Virus record (IMG/VR): IMGVR_UViG_3300035006_000010
Coordinates: 1-45,450 of that record
Source: a virus
Lineage: Duplodnaviria > Caudoviricetes
DNA length: 45,450 bases
Direction: 5' to 3' (one strand)
Shown here: positions 44,546 through 45,450 of the stretch, piece by piece
Position numbering within the stretch: the first letter of the stretch is position 1
Layout of the letters: every line of letters starts with the position of its first letter
Made by a program: the position numbers and the translations under genes
Notes under the pieces: model-generated
What the model saw: only the letters and a program-made list of their open reading frames with translations
Told to the model about the DNA's origin: nothing
The model's database searches: none

Positions 44546-45450
44546 TCGACCTGACGGACGTTCTGAAGATCTATGCCGCAGACGTCGTCAGCAAGCTGAG
44601 CGGGGCACCCCTCAAACGAGCCTCCGGGCGCCTGATGCGGCTGATCCGCTTTTTCGGCGGCAAGATGCTATCGCAGATGAGCGGCGATCTCTGCCGGGCC
44701 TATCGCGATTCACGGGGAACGGAGGGCGGCGCGAGGCGCGATCTCCAGGATCTCTCGGCCGCGATCCAGCACCATCACCGGGAAGGGTTTCACACCGAGG
44801 ATATCCGCGTCTGGCTGCCGCCGCCGGGCGAGAGGCGCGAGCGCTGGCTGACGCGCGCCGAGATCGCCAGGCTGGTCTGGGCCGCCTGGAGCTTCCGTTC
44901 GGCCATGCCGATTCCGGGGCAGTACCAGACGGGCGCGCCGCCGCCGGGCATAAGGCGGCCGAGCAAACACATCGCCAGGGCGGTCCTGTTTGCCTACTAC
45001 ACCGGCTCGCGGCCGGGCGACGCGCTGCGCGCCTCGTTTTTGAAAGGCCCGGGCCGGTCCTTCGTCGACCTCGAGCACGGCGTCTTCTATCGCAAGCCTC
45101 CCGGCAAGCGCGAGACGAACAAGCGCCAGCCGCCATGCCGCCTCGGCACGCGCATTCTGGGCCATCTGCGGCGCTGGCGCGACCGCAAGGTCTGCGCGAG
45201 CTTCGCTGTGGAGTATGACGGCGGCCCCGTGCTGTCGATCAAGACCGGTCTGCACGCCGCGATCGCGCGCGCCGGCCTCGAAGGCGCGATCTCGACCTAC
45301 ACGCTGCGTCACTCCCGCATCACCCATCTGATGCAAAAGGGGATCGACGCATGGGAAGTCGCCGGCAATGTCGGCACGTCGGAAAAGATGATCCGCGATC
45401 ACTACGGCCACCACGACCCCCGTGCCCAGTCGCGGGCCGCCAACGGCTGA
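44350..45450 (+). CDS. int: Tyrosine recombinase/integrase
   Basis: YTGSR, YTLRH, YGHH motifs; GAGG SD; at element edge. Confidence 0.93.
   Translation: MPNQAKGPRLYLKGKGDTARWIIRDGERRIATGCRAGVREEAELKLAAYIDSKHTPERKVRRSELIDLTDVLKIYAADVVSKLSGAPLKRASGRLMRLIRFFGGKMLSQMSGDLCRAYRDSRGTEGGARRDLQDLSAAIQHHHREGFHTEDIRVWLPPPGERRERWLTRAEIARLVWAAWSFRSAMPIPGQYQTGAPPPGIRRPSKHIARAVLFAYYTGSRPGDALRASFLKGPGRSFVDLEHGVFYRKPPGKRETNKRQPPCRLGTRILGHLRRWRDRKVCASFAVEYDGGPVLSIKTGLHAAIARAGLEGAISTYTLRHSRITHLMQKGIDAWEVAGNVGTSEKMIRDHYGHHDPRAQSRAANG

Larger units (their letters stand above)
1..45450. mobile_element. Temperate prophage (lambda-like cos head, Mu-like contractile tail, tyrosine integrase); att sites not in window
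   Basis: Ordered lysis, tail, head, packaging, replication, immunity and integration modules; no host housekeeping operon. Confidence 0.97.

Noticed and set aside
1-45450. att sites, tRNA or rRNA genes
   Set aside because: Window ends on the stop codons of its terminal genes; no tRNA- or rRNA-like sequence seen in the short intergenic gaps

Overview
The whole window is one near-complete temperate prophage of a high-GC alphaproteobacterium. The host is probably Hyphomicrobiales, judged from the DnaN-like and integrase sequences. The window starts and ends exactly on stop codons, so att sites lie outside it. The minus strand, read right to left from about 35.9 kb, carries Cro- and CII-like regulators, two orphan DNA methyltransferases, a Prim-Pol, a P4/D5 helicase followed by an iteron origin, and a candidate late regulator with promoter. 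It continues with a lambda-like cos, terminase, gpW and portal, a prohead protease and capsid, a Mu-like contractile tail, a lysis cassette, and a terminal HTH-metallophosphoesterase + dATP/dGTP diphosphohydrolase pair. The plus strand carries CI, a secreted moron, early genes (HD hydrolase, YfdP/YfdQ-like pair, beta clamp, DUF5131, SSB), xis and int. The most unusual items are: (1) a nucleotide-hydrolase module at the end of the lysis operon with no PurZ; (2) a capsid protein with a signal-peptide-like leader; (3) a phage beta clamp plus clamp-binding-like motifs in several phage proteins; (4) a C5 methyltransferase with about 8 tandem repeats in its target-recognition region. All calls come from motif recognition and synteny; no searches were run.
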